From an uncultured Candidatus Saccharibacteria bacterium (lineage in GTDB: Bacteria; Patescibacteriota; Minisyncoccia; Sungbacterales; JACQCQ01), in contig CAZBTX010000002.1 of the NCBI GenBank assembly GCA_964494945.1, positions 38,696-102,695 on the forward strand: a stretch of DNA of 64,000 nt, written 5' to 3'. Below the pieces are notes generated by a model. It was given only the letters and a program-made list of their open reading frames with translations. It ran no database searches and had not been told where the DNA came from. Position numbers and translations under genes: made by a program. Of this stretch, positions 1 to 9,078 are shown in pieces; the first letter of the stretch is position 1, and each line of letters starts with the position of its first letter.

Positions 1-1
1 G

Positions 2-553
2 TTCTGTACCATCCATGCGCGGAGCGGCGTGGAAACCATGCGGGCTTTTCAGGACGCAGCGTTCAAAGTTGCCGAGGGCCAAGCCAAGCAGTATCAGATG
101 CCCGTCAGTGACTGGATGACCAGAATTCTCGGTGTCACCGTCCTCACCAGTGAGACCTACGATTCGCTCCGCAAACAGGGGCTCGTTGAAATGGTTTTCC
201 CCGCCTTCGAAGAATTCGCAAGACGTGAAGAGGACAGGGAGGTAGAGAAACTTGTTCTACGCCTCGCCCTGGATGCACATACCGCAGGGCTCGACGGCGT
301 TGTATGCCCATCGCGCTTTACGACAGCGGTACGTAAAGAGTTCGGGCCGGGCTTCATCATCGTGAATCCCGGCATCCGCTTTGCTGGCTCGCCAGCTGAT
401 GATCACACGAACCCGATGACGCCCAGCCAAGCTATCGCCGCCGGCGCTGATTACATCGTGATGGGCCGCCCTATCACCGGGGCCGCCGACCCCATCGCGG
501 CCGCGAAGCGCGTGGTTGATGAGATCGCGGAAGCGTCTGTGAAAAGAGCGTGA
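2..553 (+). CDS. pyrF: Orotidine-5'-phosphate decarboxylase, 5'-truncated by the window edge
   Basis: Frame open from position 2 (..TIHA..). Contains GVTVLTS, GLDGVVC, NPGIR and GADYIVMGRPIT motifs. Confidence 0.92.
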   Translation, partial: FCTIHARSGVETMRAFQDAAFKVAEGQAKQYQMPVSDWMTRILGVTVLTSETYDSLRKQGLVEMVFPAFEEFARREEDREVEKLVLRLALDAHTAGLDGVVCPSRFTTAVRKEFGPGFIIVNPGIRFAGSPADDHTNPMTPSQAIAAGADYIVMGRPITGAADPIAAAKRVVDEIAEASVKRA

Positions 554-562
554 AGCGGTAGA

Positions 563-608
563 AGCCACGCCGCCCCGATTTACTGGGACGGCGTGGCTAG
601 ATTTTTTA
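563..608 (+). terminator. Intrinsic terminator after pyrF
   Basis: agccacgccg...cggcgtggct stem followed by a T-run. Confidence 0.7.
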
Positions 609-659
609 TAAACGCCGAATATGGTATAGAGTAAAAGGCATAGCTGTTTCAATAAAATA

Positions 660-1523
660 ATGAGCACCTTAAAAGAGTTAAGCATACTAGACCCTTCGTA
701 CTCAAAACTTTTAAAAGAGACCCATTCAGCCCCGGAAAAACTTTTTGTCCGCGGGAATTTTAATATCAAACCCGATGATTGGACAATTGCTATTGTCGGT
801 ACTAGAAAGCCAACAGAATACGGCCGCACTATCGCGCGCCGTTTCGCCGAGGACCTGGCTCGCGCGGGTGCCGTGATTATCTCGGGGCTTGCCACCGGCA
901 TTGATAGCGAAGCGCACAGAGGAGCGTTAAAAGCCGGCGGCAAAACCGTGGCCGTCATCGGCTCGGGACTTGATCGCGCATCATTTTTCCCCAGTGCCAA
1001 TTGGTCGCTAGCCGAAACCATCGCTAAAGAAAACGGCACCGTGATTTCCGAATACGCAGAAGGCACGCCGGCTCTCCCTCATCACTTTCCCGAAAGAAAT
1101 AGAATTATCGCGGGATTATCCCAAGGCGTCATTGTAGTTGAGGCCCAGGAAAAAAGCGGGGCTTCCATTACCGCGCGCCTGGCGCTTGAAGAAAATCGGG
1201 ATGTTTTTGCCGTACCCGGCTCCATTTTTTCCCCCACCTCCGCCCTCCCCAACCGCCTTATAAAAGAAGGTGCAACCCCCATAACTTCGGCTGATGACGT
1301 TATGGATTTTTACGGCAAGACCAAATCAAGCATTCCGCCCGCTAATGGGTCATTTAACGGACTGGAAGCCATTATTATAGAAGCGCTCTCGGAACCAAGA
1401 ACGATTGATGACCTAAAACAGATGACTAAAGCCGAAACCGGCCCATTGCAGGCCTCGCTTTCGCTGTTGGAATTGAACGGGACTATCGCGGAAATCGCCC
1501 ATGGACAATATCAAAAAATTTGA
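660..1523 (+). CDS. dprA: DNA-processing protein DprA
   Basis: AIVGTR, ISGLATGID, FPERNRIIAGLS and VFAVPG motifs. Adjacent to topA. Confidence 0.96.
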   Translation: MSTLKELSILDPSYSKLLKETHSAPEKLFVRGNFNIKPDDWTIAIVGTRKPTEYGRTIARRFAEDLARAGAVIISGLATGIDSEAHRGALKAGGKTVAVIGSGLDRASFFPSANWSLAETIAKENGTVISEYAEGTPALPHHFPERNRIIAGLSQGVIVVEAQEKSGASITARLALEENRDVFAVPGSIFSPTSALPNRLIKEGATPITSADDVMDFYGKTKSSIPPANGSFNGLEAIIIEALSEPRTIDDLKQMTKAETGPLQASLSLLELNGTIAEIAHGQYQKI

Positions 1524-1561
1524 CATGCACTACCACTCTATGGTTAGTATCTAGGATTAGT

Positions 1562-1694
1562 TATCAACTCGAACCGTCTTTTCAAAAACGTTTGCTTCTT
1601 CCGCCGAGAATCAAACTCGCCGACCTCCTCGCAATTCGCTTCGCGAAACCAACGTTCTCCGTCAGTCGAGCGTTTTGAAAAGAGGTTCTTCGTA
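1562..1694 (-). repeat. ~135-nt structured repeat, copy C (family also at 32277 and 32990)
   Basis: Same ordered motifs CGAAGA/AAACGCT/GACG/CGAGGAG/GCGAGT/ACGTTTT/TCGAG, with a compensatory outer stem. Confidence 0.75.
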
Positions 1695-1711
1695 AATTAA
1701 TGAACGTAGGA

Positions 1712-3730
1712 ATGAAAGAAAAAAGTTTAGTCATCGTTGAGTCACCCACTAAAGCGCGTACTATCTCCGGATTTCTCGGGAGCAATTTTGTGATTGAATC
1801 AAGTTATGGGCACGTGCGGGACTTGCCTAAATCCAAGATCGGCATTGATTTTGAAAATAACTTTGAACCGAAATATATCGTCCCGCAAAAAGCCAAAGCC
1901 AACGTCAAAAAATTAAAGGAACTGGCAAAAAAAGCCAAAAATATAATTCTGGCAACCGACGAAGACCGCGAAGGCGAGGCTATCGCTTGGCATCTTATTT
2001 CGGCGCTGAATCTCGAAGATAAACCGGGAGGCAACATTCAGCGCATCGTGTTCCACGAAATTACCGAGCACGCCATCAAAGAGGCCATGGAAAGTCCTAG
2101 GGACTTGGACATGAAATTGATCAATGCCCAGCAGGCCCGCCGCATTTTGGATAGGATCGTGGGCTATAAATTATCACCGTTTTTGTGGAAAAAAGTAGCT
2201 CGTGGGCTTTCTGCCGGCCGGGTACAGTCGGTGACGGTCCGGCTTGTGGTGGAAAGAGAGCGCGAGATACAAAACTTTAAACCTGAAGAATACTGGTCTC
2301 TGGAGGCCGACCTCGAAACTGACGAAGGCGAAAAGTTTCGGGCCTATCTTACGAAATATCAAGGCAAGGCGGTTAGCAAACTGGATATTAAAAACGAGGC
2401 CGAAGCAAAACGCATCGCCGATGAGGCAAAAAAAACATCATGGATAGTCACCAACGTTGAGAAAAAAGCCAAGACCAGTTATCCCCTGCCGCCCTTCACC
2501 ACTTCCACTCTCCAGCAAGAGGCCTCGCGCCGTCTCGGTTTTTCCGCGAAGCAAACTATGGTTCTGGCCCAGCAGCTTTATGAAGGAGTAGATACCGGCA
2601 AGGGGCAAATGGGTTTAATTACTTACATGCGCACTGATTCGCTGAACTTGGCGCAATCTGCCGTGATTGATGCCGCTTCATTTATTAAAGAAGTTTTCGG
2701 CCAAAATTATGTTTTGCCCAAGCCCCGATTTTTCAAAACCAAATCCAAAGGCGCCCAGGAAGCGCACGAGGCCATTCGCCCCACGAATCCGCACTTAACG
2801 CCGGAACTTTTAAGGTCGCGTCTGGATAAGCGCCAATTGAAACTTTATGAACTGATTTGGCGCCGATTTGTGGCCACTCAAATGCCGGAAGCCGTATTTG
2901 ACGCTACCACGATTGACGTAAAAGCCGGTGAAGCAATTTTCCGGGCTACGGGACAGATCTTAAAATTTGACGGATTCCTCAAGGTCTATCCGACCAAAAC
3001 CGAAGAAGTTATACTCCCTGAAGTTTCACCCGAAGAAGAAGTAAAATTGGTTTCCCTTGATACCCTGCAGCATTTCACCGAGCCGCCGGCGAGATACACC
3101 GACGCGTCACTTATCAAAACCCTGGAAGCCGCCGGTGTCGGCCGCCCGTCCACTTACGCCCCGACGCTTTCCACCATTCAAAACCGGGGCTATGTGGAAA
3201 AAGACGAAAGAAAAAGATACCGCCCCACGGATATGGGCATTATGGTAAACGACTTATTGGTGGAGCACTTCCCGGAAGTCGTGGATATTGAGTTCACGGC
3301 AAAAATGGAGGAAGAGCTGGATGAGGTGGCTGAAGGCGTCAAAGCATGGCAGCCGGTCATTCGCGAATTTTACGAGCCCTTCTCGCGGCATCTCGAAACC
3401 AAATACGAAGAAGTGGAAAAACAAAACCACGATGAGGCCACGGATGAGGCCTGCGAAAAGTGCGGGAAACCCATGGTCATCAAGTTCGGCAGATTCGGGC
3501 GCTTCATGGCTTGCTCGGGTTTCCCCGAATGCAAAACAACCAAGAACATCAAAAAAGAAGTTGTTTCCACCGGGGTTAAATGCCCCAAATGCGGTGAGGG
3601 AGACATCGTACAAAGATTTACCAGAAAAAAGAGATTATTTTTCGGCTGCTCCAGATACCCCGACTGCGACTACGCCACCTGGACCAACCCCAACGACAAG
3701 AAAAAAGAAGAGCTAAAAACCGAGGAATAA
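1712..3730 (+). CDS. topA: DNA topoisomerase I
   Basis: LVIVESP, ATDEDREGE, SAGRVQS and ITYMRTDS motifs, plus C-terminal C4 zinc ribbons. The start could alternatively be 1700. Confidence 0.98.
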   Translation: MKEKSLVIVESPTKARTISGFLGSNFVIESSYGHVRDLPKSKIGIDFENNFEPKYIVPQKAKANVKKLKELAKKAKNIILATDEDREGEAIAWHLISALNLEDKPGGNIQRIVFHEITEHAIKEAMESPRDLDMKLINAQQARRILDRIVGYKLSPFLWKKVARGLSAGRVQSVTVRLVVEREREIQNFKPEEYWSLEADLETDEGEKFRAYLTKYQGKAVSKLDIKNEAEAKRIADEAKKTSWIVTNVEKKAKTSYPLPPFTTSTLQQEASRRLGFSAKQTMVLAQQLYEGVDTGKGQMGLITYMRTDSLNLAQSAVIDAASFIKEVFGQNYVLPKPRFFKTKSKGAQEAHEAIRPTNPHLTPELLRSRLDKRQLKLYELIWRRFVATQMPEAVFDATTIDVKAGEAIFRATGQILKFDGFLKVYPTKTEEVILPEVSPEEEVKLVSLDTLQHFTEPPARYTDASLIKTLEAAGVGRPSTYAPTLSTIQNRGYVEKDERKRYRPTDMGIMVNDLLVEHFPEVVDIEFTAKMEEELDEVAEGVKAWQPVIREFYEPFSRHLETKYEEVEKQNHDEATDEACEKCGKPMVIKFGRFGRFMACSGFPECKTTKNIKKEVVSTGVKCPKCGEGDIVQRFTRKKRLFFGCSRYPDCDYATWTNPNDKKKEELKTEE

Positions 3731-3801
3731 TCTTAGTTGATTTAATATCTTACATATGCAATAAAGAGACAAGTAAAAAATCCGGCCGAAAGGAGAAGCT
3801 G

Positions 3802-4680
3802 ATGCTTATCTTGGTTAGAGAGTCCCTACCACGTTGGTATGGCCTCTCCTGGAGGCCGAAGGAAGTAGCTCTGGCTCTTTTCATCCATGATGAGTTCCTA
3901 CGAGAAGAAACGCGGCGAAGGATCGCCGATCCCGAGACCATCGAGGCAATAAAGCAGGAATTCAAGTTCGTCACTTTCGACGGCAGTTTCGAGACCGGCT
4001 TTGGGTTCGACGGCTCTCTCGCCTTCGAGAAGCGCGAGAATGACTTCCGATTTTTCCTCGCGCGCCTGCCGAAAATCCGCAGGCAACTCAAGTCGCACTG
4101 TAAGAGCTGCAGGGGTACCAAGAAGGACCAGTATCTGGGAGACAGGGAGTGCTTTGATTGCAGAGGCACGGGCAAAGAGGTGATTTATGACCACAAACCC
4201 GGCTACGCGCTCTCGGCGAGCCTAAACCTCTTCTTCCGAGCCGCCCGATTCATCGACCAGAAAACGTCGGCGAAACTTCCTCAGCTCTTCACCGTACACC
4301 TCGTAACAACACGGGGCATGCACGGTGCGGAGCTCGGCGGAGAGTACGGCATCGAGCTAGCGGATTGGCTACGCCGGCAAGTCGTTCAACAGAACCTCGA
4401 CGCCGTGACGGATGCAATGATGCAAGCTCACGGGAGGCTCATAGGAAATTATCTCTATGAGCGGTACCACTTCCGAGCAAGCGTTGGGAGTGCGAACGGC
4501 TCGCTCAATGTCAACTGCCCGGGAGATGCCTGCTGTCTCCATCCGGGTTACCGCGGCATTGAACCTGACGGGGGCTACGAGTTCTCTTCACACAACGTCG
4601 ACAATCCCCATCAGCAACTCACGCTCCTTGCGGGACTAGCCGCACTGCATGAGCGGGTGGATCAAGAGCTACCCGAGTAA
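3802..4680 (+). CDS. Hypothetical protein with a DnaJ-type CxxCxGT...CxxCxGTG zinc-finger pair
   Basis: 292-aa ORF with SD aaggag, CKSCRGT...CFDCRGTG and its own terminator. Confidence 0.75.
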   Translation: MLILVRESLPRWYGLSWRPKEVALALFIHDEFLREETRRRIADPETIEAIKQEFKFVTFDGSFETGFGFDGSLAFEKRENDFRFFLARLPKIRRQLKSHCKSCRGTKKDQYLGDRECFDCRGTGKEVIYDHKPGYALSASLNLFFRAARFIDQKTSAKLPQLFTVHLVTTRGMHGAELGGEYGIELADWLRRQVVQQNLDAVTDAMMQAHGRLIGNYLYERYHFRASVGSANGSLNVNCPGDACCLHPGYRGIEPDGGYEFSSHNVDNPHQQLTLLAGLAALHERVDQELPE

Positions 4681-4682
4681 GA

Positions 4683-4735
4683 CCCATCGTCAGCAACAAA
4701 GAGGCCTGTTGCCGCGACGATGGGTTTCTTTGTTT
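4683..4735 (+). terminator. Intrinsic terminator
   Basis: cccatcgtc...gacgatggg stem followed by tttctttgttt. Confidence 0.7.
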
Positions 4736-4787
4736 ATAAAAACTTGCGCTAATGCTTAATTCATACTATCACTTGAGATACATTCTC

Positions 4788-6509
4788 ATGTCGTTCGCCG
4801 AACTCAAAGAAAAAATCATAAAAAATTACGACACTACCGACATTACGCTTGTTGAACGTGCCTACAAATTCGCCGAAAAAGTCCATGAAGGACAAACCAG
4901 GAAATCGGGGGACGCCTATATCACTCACCCTCTAGCCATAGCTTCGGCGCTGGCCGATCTAAAATTAGACCAAGCCACTATCGCGGCCGCGCTCTTGCAT
5001 GACGTTATAGAAGACGGAGGTGCTACGGAGGACGACGTTAAAAAAGAATTCGGCGAAGATGTGGCCTTCCTGGTGGAGGGCGTCACCAAGCTCGGCAAAC
5101 TGAAATACCGCGGCGCGGAGAGGATGGCTGAATCCTTGCGTAAAATGTTCTTGGCTACCGCCGAGGACATTCGCGTGGTTTTAATTAAACTGATGGATCG
5201 CGCGCACAATATGGAGACCTTAAGGGCTTTGCCGGAAGAAAAGCAAAAACGCATCGCCCTAGAGACCCTGGAGATCTACGCGCCGCTGGCGGATCGCCTG
5301 GGGCTGGGCCAGTTAAAAGCACGGCTGGAAGACCTGGCTTTCCCCTATGTTTATCCCGAAGAATACCAATGGCTGCAAAATAACGTAAAAGAGGCGTTTA
5401 AAGAAAGAGTAAAATACATTGAGCATATAATGCCGGTAGTGCGCGAGTTGCTTTCCAAAGAAAACATTCCGGTGCTCGCCATGGATGCTCGGGCCAAGCA
5501 CCAATACAGCTTGTGGAGAAAACTCGCGAAATTTGACATGGACGTTACAAAAATCAACGACCTCGTGGCCCTTCGCATCATTGTCCCCACCGTTTCCGAC
5601 TGTTATCAGGCATTAGGAGCAATTCATGCCGGGTGGCGTCCGCTCCCCGGGAAAATCAAGGACTATATTGCTTTACCTAAACCCAACGGATACAAATCGC
5701 TTCACACCACCGTTTTCGGGCCTGACGGCGAAATTGTGGAATTTCAAATTAGGACCGAGGAAATGCATGAGGAAGCCGAGCATGGCATCGCGGCGCACTG
5801 GGCTTATAACGAACATAAAAAGACCAAAGGATATAAAACATCAGCGCCGTCCGAGGCCGACAAAGACAAGATACATTGGGTAAGCCAGTTAAAGGACTGG
5901 CAAAAAGACGTGCCCGACCCCAATGAATTCCTGAATTCCCTGAAAATTGAATTCTTCAAAAACCGCATCTTCGTTCTGACTCCCAAAGGAGACGCGATTG
6001 ACTTGCCGGAGGGCGCTACCGCGCTGGATTTTGCATACCATGTGCATTCTCAAATCGGGGATACCGCCTCGGGGGCTAGGGTTAACGGCAAAATGGTGCC
6101 ATTAAATCATGAGCTCTCCAATTTTGACGTGGCGGAAATAATTACGCAAAAAAATAAAAAGCCGAGCGCGGATTGGTTGGGGTTCGTAAAAACCTCCATG
6201 GCGCGCCGCCACATCACGTCCAAAATTCGCCGGGCCGAAGAAGACCGCAGATTTTCCGAGCATCAGGGTAAACAAATGGTGGAAGTCAGGGTTATCGCCA
6301 AAGATCGCGTGGGCTTGGTTAATGATCTAACAGCTGTTGTGGCTTCATTCAAGATCAACATTAAAGGCATGCGTACAGAAAGAGGTGAGCGTAGCCATCC
6401 TTTGGTTTTAATGAACTGCCCAGTAAAATCCAACGACGAAATGAGAAAACTCCTGATGAAATTAAAGAGCGTAAGGGGCGTGGAGGAAGTGGGTTATAGG
6501 ATTATCTAG
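4788..6509 (+). CDS. relA: Bifunctional (p)ppGpp synthetase/hydrolase (RelA/SpoT, HD-SYN-TGS-ACT)
   Basis: LLHDVIED, KDYIALPKPNGYKSLHT, EFQIRT, TGS (DFAYHVH) and ACT (DRVGLV) motifs. Confidence 0.95.
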   Translation: MSFAELKEKIIKNYDTTDITLVERAYKFAEKVHEGQTRKSGDAYITHPLAIASALADLKLDQATIAAALLHDVIEDGGATEDDVKKEFGEDVAFLVEGVTKLGKLKYRGAERMAESLRKMFLATAEDIRVVLIKLMDRAHNMETLRALPEEKQKRIALETLEIYAPLADRLGLGQLKARLEDLAFPYVYPEEYQWLQNNVKEAFKERVKYIEHIMPVVRELLSKENIPVLAMDARAKHQYSLWRKLAKFDMDVTKINDLVALRIIVPTVSDCYQALGAIHAGWRPLPGKIKDYIALPKPNGYKSLHTTVFGPDGEIVEFQIRTEEMHEEAEHGIAAHWAYNEHKKTKGYKTSAPSEADKDKIHWVSQLKDWQKDVPDPNEFLNSLKIEFFKNRIFVLTPKGDAIDLPEGATALDFAYHVHSQIGDTASGARVNGKMVPLNHELSNFDVAEIITQKNKKPSADWLGFVKTSMARRHITSKIRRAEEDRRFSEHQGKQMVEVRVIAKDRVGLVNDLTAVVASFKINIKGMRTERGERSHPLVLMNCPVKSNDEMRKLLMKLKSVRGVEEVGYRII

Positions 6510-6520
6510 TTTTTGCCTTC

Positions 6521-7312
6521 TTATTTCTCTTTGCGTTTCCGTCTGAACCTAATGGGCCAAAAAGTTTCAATATCTTTTTTAGAAAAACCCCGTTGCCGAA
6601 GGAAATCTAAAACCTTGGTGGTTTTGGCTAATTCGGGCTCGTCGAGGTGGAGTTTCTGCAATTCTGCCCTCGTTTCTTCATCTAGATGGTGGAAAATTTC
6701 TGCAAATAATTCACGACTCGTTTCTACATCTAATACGCCTTCTTCTATGGCCTCAAACAGATCACTGAATGTCGCGTCTTGGGTAAGTGATACTGTTGTT
6801 AGAGCACCTTCGTTATCATCTTCTTTTTCCCTCAAAATTTCCCATTTCCTGTCTTTCTCCTTTTGTTTCTCTATTTTTTCTTTTTTTCTTTCTTCCTGAT
6901 TAAAAAGCTCCTTAGCGCGTCTATACTCTTCACTATCTATCCCATAAAGATACTCGGCGGCAACTATATTTGATGGTTGTTGCCCTAATAACTCTTGGTA
7001 AGTTCTGCGCGCTGTTTCTCTAACCTCATCTTCAGTAGCAATACCGGTGTTTCGAGCCATACGCAAAGCCATATCAACGCTATAACCCCTACGAAGGTCT
7101 GCTTTGATGACGCGGAGAGCGTATGTTTTTACTTTTTCTTCTGGTACTTCTATTTCTCTGGCTTTTTTTATTTGAGCCGCCCCTCCTTCCGAAGTATCCA
7201 GATCCTTAAGTATCCGCTCTCTTTTCTCACTCATCCCTTTTTGGTCTTCGGTCATAATTTCCTCCGCTTTCTGAAATTCTTCCGGCGTTGGGCTGTACTT
7301 TTCTTGAGGCAT
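6521..7312 (-). CDS. Hypothetical charged protein
   Basis: 263-aa ORF directly downstream of parB on the same strand. No recognised motif. Confidence 0.7.
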   Translation of the reverse strand: MPQEKYSPTPEEFQKAEEIMTEDQKGMSEKRERILKDLDTSEGGAAQIKKAREIEVPEEKVKTYALRVIKADLRRGYSVDMALRMARNTGIATEDEVRETARRTYQELLGQQPSNIVAAEYLYGIDSEEYRRAKELFNQEERKKEKIEKQKEKDRKWEILREKEDDNEGALTTVSLTQDATFSDLFEAIEEGVLDVETSRELFAEIFHHLDEETRAELQKLHLDEPELAKTTKVLDFLRQRGFSKKDIETFWPIRFRRKRKEK

Positions 7313-7335
7313 AAGGGATTGGTATTTTTAGTAAT

Positions 7336-8349
7336 TTAAAGTGACACCCCGCGTTCTTTTAGCACCTTATCAATGATGGCGCGTAGTTCTTCGTCGGAAT
7401 AAAACTCAATTACTATCTTGCCCCGGTCGCCAATCTTTTGCACTTGAACTTTTGTTCCCAGCATTTCTTGCAGTTTGGACTGCCAATCGCGGGTTTCCGG
7501 GTCTCCAGGCGAGCCGAAGCGTTTGCGCGGTTTTAATTCCCTGCCTGAAAGACGGCGTGCTGACATTTCAGCATCTCTTACCGAAAGCTTAGAATTGATA
7601 ATTTCCTCGTAGAGCGCTCTCCGCTGGTCCTCACCGTCACCCGCCATCAGAATCGCCCGGGCGTGCCCCTCGGTTATTTCACCTTTGGCGATGGCGTCCT
7701 GCATATCCAGAGGCAACGACAAAAGGCGCAGAGTATTGGCCACCATTTCCCGGGACTTGCCGACTCTTTCGGCCACTTCTCTTTGCATCAGCTTGAAATC
7801 ATCAATCAACTGTCGGAAGGCTCTGGCGCGATCAATGGGACTTAGATCTTCGCGCTGGACATTCTCAATCAGCGCCAGTTCAAGCTTCATCCGCGCTTGG
7901 GGCTCCTTTTTGATAATGACCGGCACCTGATCCATCCCGGCCATGGCTGCCGCCCGCCATCGCCTCTCCCCCGCGATTAACTGATATTTTGTCTCAAGGC
8001 CCCGCGGCGTTTCCACTTCCACCCGGGAAACAATTATAGGTTGCAGCATCCCGTGAGTTTTCAGCGAATCGGCCAGATCTTTAAGAGCCGCTTCGTCAAA
8101 TTCGCGTCTGGGCTGATAGGGATTGGGTTCTATGCGGGAACGTTCTATCCAAAAAATACTTTCGTGCGCGCGGCGTTCGGTTAAGGGAGCTTCGGGTATT
8201 TCGGCTGATGGCGTGGTAAACCCCCACACCTTTTCTGGTTTCGCGGGAAAGGGTGTGGGGGTAAAACCCGCGGGTGGTCCGGCGGGCGCGGATGATTCCG
8301 AGGGTTCGGGGCCTTGTTTGATTGGATTTTGAGAAATTTCTCCTTCCAT
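7336..8349 (-). CDS. parB: Chromosome partitioning protein ParB/Spo0J
   Basis: PNPYQPR, IAGERRWRAA, ENVQREDL, an HTH and the GHARA motif. Confidence 0.96.
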   Translation of the reverse strand: MEGEISQNPIKQGPEPSESSAPAGPPAGFTPTPFPAKPEKVWGFTTPSAEIPEAPLTERRAHESIFWIERSRIEPNPYQPRREFDEAALKDLADSLKTHGMLQPIIVSRVEVETPRGLETKYQLIAGERRWRAAAMAGMDQVPVIIKKEPQARMKLELALIENVQREDLSPIDRARAFRQLIDDFKLMQREVAERVGKSREMVANTLRLLSLPLDMQDAIAKGEITEGHARAILMAGDGEDQRRALYEEIINSKLSVRDAEMSARRLSGRELKPRKRFGSPGDPETRDWQSKLQEMLGTKVQVQKIGDRGKIVIEFYSDEELRAIIDKVLKERGVSL

Positions 8350-8381
8350 TACAGGTTTAGGATACCGTAGAGCTTATTCGT

Positions 8382-8409
8382 TGACAATGTAATCACGAAA
8401 ATCTAGTAT
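8382..8409 (+). promoter_or_regulatory. Sigma70-type promoter for the tRNA-Leu locus
   Basis: TTGACA (8382-8387), a 16-nt spacer and TAGTAT (8404-8409), about 10 nt before the tRNA. Confidence 0.6.
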
Positions 8410-8419
8410 TTTGATGCGC

Positions 8420-8838
8420 GCCGGAGTGGTGGAACCTCGCACCAAATTCCGAAGAAAAACTCTGGAATCACGCCCGCGGAAACGCCTGCGGCTCGCCGTA
8501 TCTTAACTCGGAACATAAAATGATAGAATTGGTGCGGGGCAGGCTGGCAGATTCACCCCGCACTAAATTTGCCGCTGTGGCGAAATTGGCATACGCGATG
8601 GACTCAAAATCCATTGGGGGCAACCCCGTGTCGGTTCAACTCCGACCAGCGGCATCAGAATACTCGGCAAATTTCAGTGTGGGGCGCGCAGGACTCAAAA
8701 TCCTGCGAGCGTAAGCTCATGAGGGGCAAAACGTGAATGTCTTCACGTCTTGCGGGAAATTAGCGTAGATTTATCGAAGCGTTAAAATTTCCCTGGGTTT
8801 CGCTGTGGGAAGCGAAACGACTCCCTCCTCCGGCACCA
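8420..8838 (+). tRNA. Outer tRNA-Leu(CAA), interrupted by three inserts (8435-8543, 8552-8684, ~8726-8817)
   Basis: Removing the inserts gives GCCGGAG TG GTGGAA|CTGGCAGA|CGC G CAGGA CTCAAAA TCCTG CGAGCGTAAGCTC AT GAGGG|..CGACT CCCTC CTCCGGC ACCA, with all stems intact. Function is unknown. Confidence 0.8.
8571..8654 (+). tRNA. Inner intact tRNA-Leu(CAA), nested in insert 2
   Basis: GCCGCTG acceptor, ATGGA-CTCAAAA-TCCAT anticodon arm, long variable arm and GTCGG-TTCAACT-CCGAC T arm. No encoded CCA. Confidence 0.93.
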
Positions 8839-9078
8839 GAAAGGAAAAAGTAAGTCAGAGCTCGCCGCCTCGCAGAGCGAGGCGGCTCGCGCGTACTGCG
8901 TTTTCGGGCTGAATTCGAATTGGCGATTTTGCATTCGGGGAAAAATAATTTTTGGCCATACATTCTGAAATCCTAAACTCATAAATACCCTTGTTTTGTA
9001 GCCCAATTTTGCTTGACAACCACACTACTCTATGCTATGCTCTCGACATCGCGTGTCCAACCCCACAGGAGGATTCAC

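Noticed and set aside
257-1066. Long antisense ORFs (also 25106-25777, 41196-42008 and others)
   Set aside because: They are shadows of well-supported genes on the opposite strand.
8435-8817. Group I or group II introns in the outer tRNA-Leu
   Set aside because: The inserts are only about 90-135 nt, and I see no P7 core or domain V motifs.
8520-9006. Short ORFs overlapping the tRNA-Leu locus
   Set aside because: They overlap tRNA and hairpin sequence and have no recognisable protein features.
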